The notes beneath the pieces were generated by a model. It made no database searches. It had not been told where the DNA came from and saw nothing but the letters and a program-made list of their open reading frames with translations. This document shows positions 7,857 to 16,407 of a stretch of DNA of 20,000 nt, one piece after another. This stretch comes from an uncultured virus (IMG/VR IMGVR_UViG_3300005965_000003). Taxonomy: Duplodnaviria > Heunggongvirae > Uroviricota > Caudoviricetes. Both the position numbers and the translations under genes were made by a program. The stretch is from IMG/VR virus record IMGVR_UViG_3300005965_000003; one strand, given 5' to 3'. Position 1 is the stretch's first letter; every line of letters begins with the position of its first letter.

Positions 7857-7858
7857 TT

Positions 7859-8746
7859 ATGGGATGCTGGAACGAAACTTGTTTTCTTACTAATCTGCCT
7901 ATTATGAGTGGAGATCGAGTAATAGTATTACCTATTATTCGAAAGCACGGTAAATTCGTAGATGAGTATAAGCCTTTAGATGTCTATAAAATTCTTTCAA
8001 TGTCCTTTAGAGGTAGCTATAATGATTATGGCACCCTTGAGGATATAGACGAAAACCCACTCTCCCAGTTCTCGGTGGACATCTTCAGTAAACTTTTTGC
8101 TTCGAGAAGAGGCCTTAGCTATAGCGAAGAAGACTTTAACACTGGTGAAGGCCTTCCGTTTGATAATCCCGAAAAGATTTGCCACGCTATAGAACGGGGC
8201 TATATATTCACTAAAGCGGATCCTACTCGTACAGCTTATCAGTTAATGATGCACGAGGAAGCCTTTAATACCTTTGTGGATACTCTCGGGAACCGAGCTC
8301 CCCTTTTATTTGACGAACCTAACCCGTATAAAAGTAATAGAGCTCTTTTCGAAGCAGCGTTAAAAGAGTTGCCAAAAAAGCTTGAAGTTTACGACCCTAT
8401 TCTATCGTGCCCGTCTATACCTTCGTTGTTTGGGTATGCTTTCCATGACGGTCTGCTAATAGCCAGAGAATACTGCGAAAAGTATATTAATAGTCCTGAG
8501 GCTACGCGAGGGCTTATTGATGTTTTCCTGTTTGTAGACGCCCTTGCTTTTTCGAGGAAAGTAATTTACCCAACTATAGGCAAAGGCTCACAAATTGCTG
8601 AGGTTAAGCTACAGGAAGCCTTGGCTAATTTTACCAAAAAGCATGTTTCCCAAATATTAGAGGAAAACAAAGAAGCAGCGGAAGATAAGTACTCACCCTA
8701 TACTGAAACCTACTATGTCAATGACCTTATTGATCGCAAGTATTAA
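7859..8746 (+). CDS. Hypothetical phage protein
   Basis: ATG 7859 with AAGGAG RBS. MGCWNETC..TNLPI and G.YNDYG motifs. Confidence 0.75.
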   Translation: MGCWNETCFLTNLPIMSGDRVIVLPIIRKHGKFVDEYKPLDVYKILSMSFRGSYNDYGTLEDIDENPLSQFSVDIFSKLFASRRGLSYSEEDFNTGEGLPFDNPEKICHAIERGYIFTKADPTRTAYQLMMHEEAFNTFVDTLGNRAPLLFDEPNPYKSNRALFEAALKELPKKLEVYDPILSCPSIPSLFGYAFHDGLLIAREYCEKYINSPEATRGLIDVFLFVDALAFSRKVIYPTIGKGSQIAEVKLQEALANFTKKHVSQILEENKEAAEDKYSPYTETYYVNDLIDRKY

Positions 8747-8757
8747 AAGGAGGCTGT

Positions 8758-9120
8758 ATGCCTGAAGTCCTGGAATTCAAGAGCAAGGGTAAAAGACGCA
8801 CAAAGAAAGATGAAGGCGAAGTTATCGACCATGGGACGATTGGCGGTCTTCACTACGACGTGTTTAAAAGAGGCGTAATCCACATAAAGGATAAAGTCTC
8901 AAAGTGCTTCAAGAAAGATATAGATCAGTTTGAGGAGTGCCTTGATAGCTTTGACTTTGATGACATGGGCGACGGAGAAGAATTTTTTATTGCCGGATCC
9001 GGGGATAATGACGATCTTATCTTCCTTAAAAAAGATGGTGAGATTCATTTGTCTCTAAAAAAGAAAAATTTTTCCGTAGTAGAGAAGCTAAAAAACATTG
9101 TAAAAAAATATCGGAGGTAA
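8758..9120 (+). CDS. Hypothetical protein, family A (paralog of 9565-9870)
   Basis: AGGAGG RBS. Aligns by eye with 9565-9870. Confidence 0.8.
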   Translation: MPEVLEFKSKGKRRTKKDEGEVIDHGTIGGLHYDVFKRGVIHIKDKVSKCFKKDIDQFEECLDSFDFDDMGDGEEFFIAGSGDNDDLIFLKKDGEIHLSLKKKNFSVVEKLKNIVKKYRR

Positions 9121-9122
9121 CC

Positions 9123-9539
9123 ATGTCGGACACACTTGTTATGGATCGCCGTATCGTTTGGGACAGCAAAAATAAAAAAGAGGTAGAAGAAGCCAAAAAG
9201 ATCATGCTGGACTTCAAACGTAAGGGTCACCTGATTCTTCGAGCTACCGGTGAGAAGGTAGAGTATTTCCGTCCGTATTTTGAGGAATTGATAATAAAGG
9301 CGGAAAAAATTCAAAAGAACGTAATGAAAATTCTCTGTGAATCAGGGGATGACCGCATTGTCTGGGACAAAGAAGACGGCTATGAGGCAAAAGAAGCTAA
9401 AGCGAAGTTCGAAGAGCTCATGGGGAAAGGCTATAAAGCATACAGTGTTGATTCCAAAGGCCAAAAAAATCGGTGCATAAAGGAATTCGACATCGATGCT
9501 GAAGAAATCCTTATGGTTCCTCCTACGGCAAAAGGCTAA
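9123..9539 (+). CDS. Hypothetical protein, family B (two tandem copies of a ~65-aa domain)
   Basis: GGAGG RBS. DRRIVWD..E..EAK..KG..G..F..EE is repeated as DDRIVWD..E..EAK..KG..G..F..EE. Confidence 0.85.
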   Translation: MSDTLVMDRRIVWDSKNKKEVEEAKKIMLDFKRKGHLILRATGEKVEYFRPYFEELIIKAEKIQKNVMKILCESGDDRIVWDKEDGYEAKEAKAKFEELMGKGYKAYSVDSKGQKNRCIKEFDIDAEEILMVPPTAKG

Positions 9540-9564
9540 AATCTTAAAAGAAAAGGAATAAAAC

Positions 9565-9870
9565 ATGGGTGGGTTAAACGAGACTACTATTAACGGTTAC
9601 CGTCTACATATTAATGATGAAGATGTACATATTCATGATGATGATCGTGACCTCAAATTTGTATGTGATGCAGAGGACTTTAAAACGGAAGTACAAGAAG
9701 CTTTCGACCAGCTAAAGTCTTCTGACGGAATATACAAGATCGAGGGCATCTCAGAAAATAGCAAATGTTCTGATCTTTGTATTGTAAAAGATGGTAAAGC
9801 TTTCTATTTCTATATTGCTCCAAAGGGCAGTATTAAAAAAGATCTTATGAAATTTGTAAAGGACTGCTAA
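9565..9870 (+). CDS. Hypothetical protein, family A' (paralog of 8758-9120)
   Basis: Shares TI.G, HI.D, F..D...F, FD, I.G, DL...KDG and S....L...VK with 8758-9120. Confidence 0.8.
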   Translation: MGGLNETTINGYRLHINDEDVHIHDDDRDLKFVCDAEDFKTEVQEAFDQLKSSDGIYKIEGISENSKCSDLCIVKDGKAFYFYIAPKGSIKKDLMKFVKDC

Positions 9871-9871
9871 T

Positions 9872-10633
9872 ATGGCGGCTTTAGTAGTAGACACAGGCAC
9901 GACAACAGGTACATGTTTTACGCTATATTCCCCCAGTGGCTCCTGTTATGATACCTCAAACAACGTTACGACAGGTAGCTACATACCTTCTAACCTAAGT
10001 AACGTATTTAGCCGCTATATAGGGGAAGCTAATAATTCTTATACCAGATACCGAATGGCTGCACATCTAAATTATCTATTGCAGCAAAATCAGGGCACTG
10101 CTACTAATTATGATTCAAGTACTTATATAGATAACTGCTTTTTCAATGAGAGTAATGCTACAGGGAATATTATCTTCAGGGATTCTACTGTAGTCACTTC
10201 AGGTGGTTTTGTATATGCTTTTGTTACAGCGGAGGAGTTAAAGAAAGAGCAGTTCCGCAAAAAGATACAAAACCAGTTGATTCTTGTGCCTAAAGGTAAG
10301 GCTGATCCAGTCATAAACCCTGAAAGAAATGAAGCCCTCGCTATTGAGACTCTTCGGGAAATGATTACCGAGGAAGAATTTAAAAGGTTTATAGCCCGGG
10401 GCTTTATTACTGTACAGGGAAGAAGTGGGAAAACCTACCAGATTTTCCGGAACAATTGGCACACGAAGGTATGGGTAGGTGGGAAACTGGTGGAAGAGAT
10501 CTGTGTACGGATATCAGGTAAAGTGAAAGCTCCGGCTACTGATAACCTTATTGCTTTCAAAGCTATGATCGAGGCAGATGAAGAAGAATTCAGAAAGATA
10601 GGTAACGTGTATAAATTTAACAGGGCTGCTTAA
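9872..10633 (+). CDS. Hypothetical protein, family C (Thr/Ser/Asn-rich N-terminus, conserved ~100-aa C-terminal domain)
   Basis: C-terminal domain is paralogous to that of 10633-11310. Confidence 0.85.
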   Translation: MAALVVDTGTTTGTCFTLYSPSGSCYDTSNNVTTGSYIPSNLSNVFSRYIGEANNSYTRYRMAAHLNYLLQQNQGTATNYDSSTYIDNCFFNESNATGNIIFRDSTVVTSGGFVYAFVTAEELKKEQFRKKIQNQLILVPKGKADPVINPERNEALAIETLREMITEEEFKRFIARGFITVQGRSGKTYQIFRNNWHTKVWVGGKLVEEICVRISGKVKAPATDNLIAFKAMIEADEEEFRKIGNVYKFNRAA

Positions 10634-11310
10634 TGGATTCGTATCACTTAAATTTGACCCCCGGTACGATATATACTATGGAGCCCGAGCACCCTGTCTC
10701 CATAACTGAGGGAACAGTCATAGAAAATATGTCAGGCACTCGTAGACTCGAAGTTAAGAAACTCCACAAAAAAATCCTTCTACGAGAACCCGACAAAAAG
10801 ACATATTTTCACGTACTCCCTCAGCCGGATGATAAACTCAAGGAGAGCCCCCAATACTTATGTGGCTCTCCAATTTATCTTTCGGTCGATTCTGTGAGCT
10901 TAATCATACCGGATGCGTTTCCTTTCTTTCCTGCTCCATTCTTCGATCACCAAAACGTTTTTGCTGTACGAAAAAGAGGGGATTTAGTAATACCCAATAC
11001 AAAGGCCCAGCAAAAAGCTTTGGAGACTTTGAGGGAGCTATTGTCTGAAAAAGAATTTCGAAAATTTATTAAGTACGGTTTTATCACCGTGGATTCAGCT
11101 AGCGGTAGAACTTATCAAATATACATGAACCAGCTTCATGTAAAAATTTGGGAAAAAGGTGAAATTACAGGGGAGCTCTGCGCTTACATAAAGAACAAAA
11201 AGATACCCCCTATTGATAAACTTATAGCATTTAAGACTATAATAGAAACAGATGAAAACGAATTTTTGCAGATGGGTAACTACTACAATATGAAAAGGAA
11301 GGTAGCCTGA
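10633..11310 (+). CDS. Hypothetical protein, family C' (paralog of 9872-10633)
   Basis: TAATG coupling. Shares ETLRE, GFITV, SG.TYQI, E.C, D.LIAFK..IE.DE.EF...GN.Y with the upstream gene. Confidence 0.85.
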   Translation: MDSYHLNLTPGTIYTMEPEHPVSITEGTVIENMSGTRRLEVKKLHKKILLREPDKKTYFHVLPQPDDKLKESPQYLCGSPIYLSVDSVSLIIPDAFPFFPAPFFDHQNVFAVRKRGDLVIPNTKAQQKALETLRELLSEKEFRKFIKYGFITVDSASGRTYQIYMNQLHVKIWEKGEITGELCAYIKNKKIPPIDKLIAFKTIIETDENEFLQMGNYYNMKRKVA

Positions 11311-11573
11311 TGCCTACCCCAGGTAACTACAGGTATTCAAACAATATCGTTATCCCCTCTGTAGAAAAAGCAGAGATAGGGATCCGTGATATCGCTCTTG
11401 CTGCTGATGTCGTTTTACGGCTGACAAAACTGGTTAACGGGCCCAACGACCATCTTCACATAGAAGCTTCTTCAAATGAAAAAAATAAAATAGATAGGTT
11501 TATTCAAATCCTAGAAAATGCTATAGATACCTACAAAAAGTTTTCGAATCCAGGTGGAATAATTAAAGGATAA
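11310..11573 (+). CDS. Hypothetical protein
   Basis: 87 aa, TGATG coupling to the upstream gene. Confidence 0.65.
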   Translation: MPTPGNYRYSNNIVIPSVEKAEIGIRDIALAADVVLRLTKLVNGPNDHLHIEASSNEKNKIDRFIQILENAIDTYKKFSNPGGIIKG

Positions 11574-11577
11574 ATAC

Positions 11578-12456
11578 ATGTTCAATACTGACCATTACTA
11601 TGAAATTGGATACGGTCATACCTTCTGCCAGGATTACGCCTTAAGCGGTAGCTACGGGAATATGAGCTACGCGATTGTATGTGACGGGTGTAGTGGCTCT
11701 GATCAATCTGATGTTGGTGCTCGTTTACTGTGCCATATAGCAGAAAGAACTCTCCAGTTCTTTTATGACAGAAACATAATTGAGAATTACCTGAGCAACA
11801 ACGATAGCCTTGATTACAGGCTCATACAAGAGTTTATGGTTTCTAAATTAGTGGATACTAAGAACATTCTCAAATTGGATGAAAGGGCGCTATTCAGCAC
11901 TCTTTTAATCTCCGTGGCGCTGGACACCGAAGACGGGAAGTTACCTAACTTAGTTATGGGTTGGGGTGACGGGTACTTCATTGTAAAAAAAGAAAGCGGT
12001 CTAATTGTGGCGGTGGGTAATAGCTACAGTAACTCTGCTCCTTATTATTTTGCTTATAATATCTCTAAAGAATACAGAAAATTATACGAGACAACCTTTA
12101 AAGATCAGCTATGCCAGAGAATCTCCAAAACGATTGACCCTGAAAACCCAAAGGAAACAGTAGTCGAATTTAAAAAGATAGATTATTCTGATCCTTTTAT
12201 TGCTACCTTCAGTAATGAAGACAAAGTAACAGATATTATTGTTACCAGTGACGGCATAGATACCTTTTATAAAAAGCAGGGTGATCCGGAATTTATTTCC
12301 CAAGAACAAACTTTGGTCGATTGTGTGAACTTCAAGAATTATAAAGGTACATACGTCCAAAGAAGAATAAGAAATGGAATCTCAAAAAAATATCTACAAA
12401 GAGATATTGTACATTTTGATGATATTTCCTTTGCTGCCATAAGGACCAAAAAATGA
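11578..12456 (+). CDS. PP2C-family protein phosphatase (TerY-P triad type)
   Basis: H..CQD, IVCDGCSG, WGDG, TSDGID and DDISFA motifs. Confidence 0.9.
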   Translation: MFNTDHYYEIGYGHTFCQDYALSGSYGNMSYAIVCDGCSGSDQSDVGARLLCHIAERTLQFFYDRNIIENYLSNNDSLDYRLIQEFMVSKLVDTKNILKLDERALFSTLLISVALDTEDGKLPNLVMGWGDGYFIVKKESGLIVAVGNSYSNSAPYYFAYNISKEYRKLYETTFKDQLCQRISKTIDPENPKETVVEFKKIDYSDPFIATFSNEDKVTDIIVTSDGIDTFYKKQGDPEFISQEQTLVDCVNFKNYKGTYVQRRIRNGISKKYLQRDIVHFDDISFAAIRTKK

Positions 12457-12776
12457 AGTACTTCATAGAAACTAAAAGACATAAACCCACCTCACCAGAA
12501 TTAAAAGTTTTCTGGAAGGCAGGTAGTTGTGGGTATACAGAAAATCCCGTATATGCGGGCTTGTATACTAAAGAAAAAGCAACTGGTATATCTGAATCCA
12601 CACACGGAGATGACGTCTTGCATCCCGAAACGAATTTTGAGGACTTCCAAAAAGCTTATCTAAACTATAAGAAAAAAGATATGGGCATGGCTCTTGAGGG
12701 ACTCACGGAAACACAGGCTCGGTTACTGTTAGATACTTTCATTACTGAAAGAAAAAATTACGTTAGAAATACATAA
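12453..12776 (+). CDS. Hypothetical phage protein
   Basis: ATGA overlap with the phosphatase stop. FW....GYT.....AG.Y motif. Confidence 0.7.
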   Translation: MKYFIETKRHKPTSPELKVFWKAGSCGYTENPVYAGLYTKEKATGISESTHGDDVLHPETNFEDFQKAYLNYKKKDMGMALEGLTETQARLLLDTFITERKNYVRNT

Positions 12777-12863
12777 TCTAAAAAAGTATATTACTAGAGG
12801 CGGAGTCCGAGGCATATGGTTGTAGATGGTAACTGCTCGAAGTGCTACCCATAAAGGTGAATA

Positions 12864-14585
12864 ATGAAGTTTCCCTATAAAATCTCGGTACAAAACGGCG
12901 GTAGCGTCTCCCTCAGCAAAAACGATTATTTAGCTGCTGGAGGGGAAGGAACCATCCTTCAGAAGGGTGGCACAGCCTACAAGGTATACCATGACCCTGC
13001 TAAGATGATCCCTGTATCCAAAATTGAAGAATTAACGCGCCTAAAGCATCTCAAAAATGTTTTAGGTCCCCAGAGCGTAATATTCAACACAGGCAAACCT
13101 GTGGGTTTCTCCATGAGGTATGTCACCGACACTGAGTTCATGTGCCGGTTATTTAATAGGAACTACCGTAAGAATAACAATATTACACCCACTACCATTG
13201 TAGAGTTGGTGAAGAATCTACAGAAGACCCTTTCTGATATACATAAGGAGAATATCCTTGTAGTGGATTTCAATGAAATGAATTTTCTTGTAGATAAATC
13301 TGGTTACACTCTGCCCTATTTTATAGATGTAGATTCATACCAGACGCCGAAACACAAAGCCACTGCCTTGATGGAATCAATCCGAGACCGTTCTTTAAAC
13401 CAACGGGACCCTTTTTCCGAACTCAGTGATTGGTTCTCATTTGGGGTAGTGGCTTTTCAATTATATATGGGGATCCACCCTTATAAAGGGAAACATCCTT
13501 CTTATGCCCCGAAGGATTGGTCCAAGAGGATGGATGCTAATATCTCCGTATACGACTCCGCAGTCACTCTTCCTAATAGCTGCCAAGACTGGTCCGTAAT
13601 ACCCAAGCCACACAATGACTGGTTTAAAAGAGTTTTCCAGGATGGTGAGAGGTCTATACCGCCTTTACCTGATCAGTTTGTGCCTGTAGCCATTATACAG
13701 CCTACACTCATTACCGGCAATAACAGCTTTGACGTGCATAAGGTTTTTACGGCAGCTTCTCCTATTAGTAAGGTGTATTACTTCTTTGAAGTAGAAAGAT
13801 ACATATTATGTAAGGATCAGGTATACAAAGGTAACCAGCCGGTAGCAAAACTCACTAAGCAGTATAAAAACCCTGCATTGTGCGCGGTGAATACTATCCA
13901 CACTATGCACCCTCTTCCTGTCCTCACTTCTCAGGGGGGGAACACCGTAAGCTTTTTTGATATCCAAACAGAAGAGAAGATAGCAGAAACCAAAAGTTCT
14001 TCTTATATGGAGAGGGATGGTTTAATCTTTACGACCAACAAGGGTAAACTGATCCAGAACACCTTTCACGAGTTTAAGCGTGGGAAAATTATTCTGAGCT
14101 CCGAAACAATCGGGGATATCTTTGAGCCAGCTCATAAATTTTTTGATGGCTTGGTAGTACAGGATATACTCGGGCAATGCTGGGTATCGATTCCTCACAA
14201 GCTTAATAACTCTGTAAATATTCATATAAAAGAGCTTGATAAGCATAGAGTCCTTGAGGCGAAATGTGATGAGAATGTAGCCGTTATTCTCTCAGAACTA
14301 AATGGCAAATACTACAGGTCTACCGTGCTCTTCAGTTTTGCTACGGTTGATTACTCGATTCGCATAGAAAATGACGTGAGCTATGACTCAGTATCCTTGG
14401 CTCAACTCGGCAACGGCATCAATGTCTCTGTGGCTGGTGATAGCTTAGTGGAAGTATTCAAGGATATTAAGAAGATAAAACAGGTCCCGAATCCTCCTAT
14501 CACTTCCGATATGGAACTCATATCAGACGGGACCAGTATACAATTCATTATGAAGAATACACTTTACAGCTTAAAACTCAAGTAG
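12864..14585 (+). CDS. Ser/Thr protein kinase (TerY-P triad type) with a beta-rich C-terminal region
   Basis: GGEGTI Gly-loop, AYKVY Lys, VVDFNEMNFLV catalytic loop, FIDVDS, SDWFSF, HPYKG. Confidence 0.9.
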   Translation: MKFPYKISVQNGGSVSLSKNDYLAAGGEGTILQKGGTAYKVYHDPAKMIPVSKIEELTRLKHLKNVLGPQSVIFNTGKPVGFSMRYVTDTEFMCRLFNRNYRKNNNITPTTIVELVKNLQKTLSDIHKENILVVDFNEMNFLVDKSGYTLPYFIDVDSYQTPKHKATALMESIRDRSLNQRDPFSELSDWFSFGVVAFQLYMGIHPYKGKHPSYAPKDWSKRMDANISVYDSAVTLPNSCQDWSVIPKPHNDWFKRVFQDGERSIPPLPDQFVPVAIIQPTLITGNNSFDVHKVFTAASPISKVYYFFEVERYILCKDQVYKGNQPVAKLTKQYKNPALCAVNTIHTMHPLPVLTSQGGNTVSFFDIQTEEKIAETKSSSYMERDGLIFTTNKGKLIQNTFHEFKRGKIILSSETIGDIFEPAHKFFDGLVVQDILGQCWVSIPHKLNNSVNIHIKELDKHRVLEAKCDENVAVILSELNGKYYRSTVLFSFATVDYSIRIENDVSYDSVSLAQLGNGINVSVAGDSLVEVFKDIKKIKQVPNPPITSDMELISDGTSIQFIMKNTLYSLKLK

Positions 14586-14587
14586 GA

Positions 14588-14986
14588 TTAGAATGACTGG
14601 AAGTATTTAGCAAGCACCCGATAGATAGACGGCAGATAATCGGCTTTTTTCTTCCGGGGTTTGTTCCTGGGGCTTTTTTTCCAAAAATGATTTCCCCTTA
14701 GGGTGTGTTCCTTTTGGTGGGGACCCCGTTTAATTAATTGTAAGTTATCTGGGAAATTGTTGGCTTTATTGCCATCTTTATGGTCTACCTGTTCATCGGG
14801 CTTGAGATACCTACCAAGCTTCTGCTCCATAACAGCTCGATGCAGGTAGACATATTTCTTTTTCCTATCCCCCCGGGTTTCACCCTTGGGATGAGGAGGA
14901 TTAGTAGTACAATAGAAATAACCTAATCCATTAGCTTTTACAACACTGTCTGGATCGATTTTAAATAGTTCGGTATTCTTGTTCAT
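14588..14986 (-). CDS. HNH homing endonuclease-like protein
   Basis: LHRAVMEQKLGRYL...VDHKDGNKANNFPDNLQL.....H. Lone - strand gene within a + strand run. Confidence 0.88.
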   Translation of the reverse strand: MNKNTELFKIDPDSVVKANGLGYFYCTTNPPHPKGETRGDRKKKYVYLHRAVMEQKLGRYLKPDEQVDHKDGNKANNFPDNLQLIKRGPHQKEHTLRGNHFWKKSPRNKPRKKKADYLPSIYRVLAKYFQSF

Positions 14987-15062
14987 AATATTGTTGAATA
15001 TATTAATGGATTATCACTTTAAAATAGTAAATCAAAAAAGTAGATTAGGATGATAAGTCTTT

Positions 15063-15254
15063 ATGCCGGATATTACCACAATTCGAAAAAGATTAATCAG
15101 ATTAGAAAACACAGCGGCGGAACTATTACGGGAAATCCGAGATATCAAGCAAATGTTGCCGCAAGAAGAGAGAGAAGATTATAACAGGCACCAGCCGAAA
15201 ATAGACGATGCCTTAAAGGATTTGGCTAATGGAAGAAAAAAGAAAAGATCATGA
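15063..15254 (+). CDS. Small coiled-coil hypothetical protein
   Basis: 63 aa, first gene after an AT-rich promoter-like gap. Confidence 0.6.
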   Translation: MPDITTIRKRLIRLENTAAELLREIRDIKQMLPQEEREDYNRHQPKIDDALKDLANGRKKKRS

Positions 15255-15517
15255 GAAAGTCCGAGAGTACCTCGCTGATATCGACTCAGAAGCACTTTTA
15301 GCAGATGGATTTGATGAAGCTATCATCGGCACCGTAGAGAGATTCAGTTCAGGACCTTTTGGTTTTATATGATCGTCAAAAATGTATACAAATACTTATG
15401 AGGCAAGAACTGACCAGGTCAGAGGCAGAAGAATTTTTTGATTATAACGTTACGGGTGCCTGGATGGGAGACGGTACTCCTTGCTTCGCTACTTTAGCTA
15501 AAGATCTACCTATATGA
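15229..15517 (+). pseudogene. Phage-type hypothetical gene (95 aa) with a single-base frameshift
   Basis: MEEKRKDHEKVREYLADIDSEALLADGFDEAIIGTVERFSSGP continues in the +1 frame as LVLYDRQKCIQILMRQELTRSEAEEFFDYNVTGAWMGDGTPCFATLAKDLPI*. Extra T in TTTT 15357-15360. AAGGA RBS and ATGA overlap with the next gene. Confidence 0.8.
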
Positions 15518-15987
15518 AATACTATGCTGGGGTAGGTTCCAGAGAGACACCTAGCTTTGTTCTGAGCCTCATGAAGGACATAGGAGCCTACATGGCTACC
15601 CACGGGTATACTCTACGCAGCGGAGCTGCTAGAGGGGCTGACAGAGCCTTTGAACAAGGTTGTGACACAGTACAAGGGCCTAAAGAGATCTTTACCGCAG
15701 AATCTGATATACCACCAGCAGCATTTGAGATGGCAAAACAGGTCCATCCTGCTTGGAATAGGTGTTCCCCGTACGCTAAAAAGCTACATGCTAGAAATTG
15801 CATGCAGGTACTAGGGCCCGATCTGAAGACGCCTGTAGATTTCGTTGTATGCTGGACTAAGGATGGCGGGTATACCGGGGGCACCGCAACCGCTATGAGA
15901 TTAGCTGACGCCAATAATATACCAGTCTTTAACTTGAAGTTTGAGAAAAACAAGGAGCAGTTCAGACAAAAGATAAAAAATGGATGA
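15514..15987 (+). CDS. SLOG-superfamily (DprA/Smf-like) nucleotide-binding protein
   Basis: YAGVGSRETP, LRSGAARGADRAFE.G, ARN, GGTATA...A....IPVFNL. Confidence 0.8.
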   Translation: MKYYAGVGSRETPSFVLSLMKDIGAYMATHGYTLRSGAARGADRAFEQGCDTVQGPKEIFTAESDIPPAAFEMAKQVHPAWNRCSPYAKKLHARNCMQVLGPDLKTPVDFVVCWTKDGGYTGGTATAMRLADANNIPVFNLKFEKNKEQFRQKIKNG

Positions 15988-16405
15988 GCTCAAATTTTTA
16001 GTTAAAAAAGGCTGGGTGCCTTATACATTACGGGATTGGTGGGACTATTACCAAATAATAGGAATACGGAATATTAATTGTACATATTTACGGCAAATAG
16101 GAAAAACAGCCACTATACGGTCTTTAATTCAAGAGTACTATGAGAGAGCTTTAAAGCTTGGTGGAGACTCGATACAGAATCTACCCATCATTTTAGTAAA
16201 AAATGAACAGTATGGATCGCTATATAAAGATCTTTATGGTAGAGATAAGCTGAGGTACATTGTTACTGCAAGAAAATTAAGACATGGCAGATACAGAGGA
16301 TATACTAATCCTATCTTAAGTGATGAAGTACCAGACGCTGTTCAGATTGTAAAAGAAGCAGGATTTGATCAATATTATGTAGGCGGCTTTTACTCGGAAG
16401 ATTAA
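15980..16405 (+). CDS. Hypothetical protein with minimal P-loop NTPase-like motifs
   Basis: RQIGKT (terminase-like Walker A) and RG....ILSDE (Walker B) within 141 aa. Confidence 0.5.
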   Translation: MDELKFLVKKGWVPYTLRDWWDYYQIIGIRNINCTYLRQIGKTATIRSLIQEYYERALKLGGDSIQNLPIILVKNEQYGSLYKDLYGRDKLRYIVTARKLRHGRYRGYTNPILSDEVPDAVQIVKEAGFDQYYVGGFYSED

Positions 16406-16407
16406 AC

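Noticed and set aside
9872..11310. DGR template/variable repeat pair
   Set aside because: Similarity is at protein level with differences at all bases, not adenine-specific, and there is no reverse transcriptase in the window.
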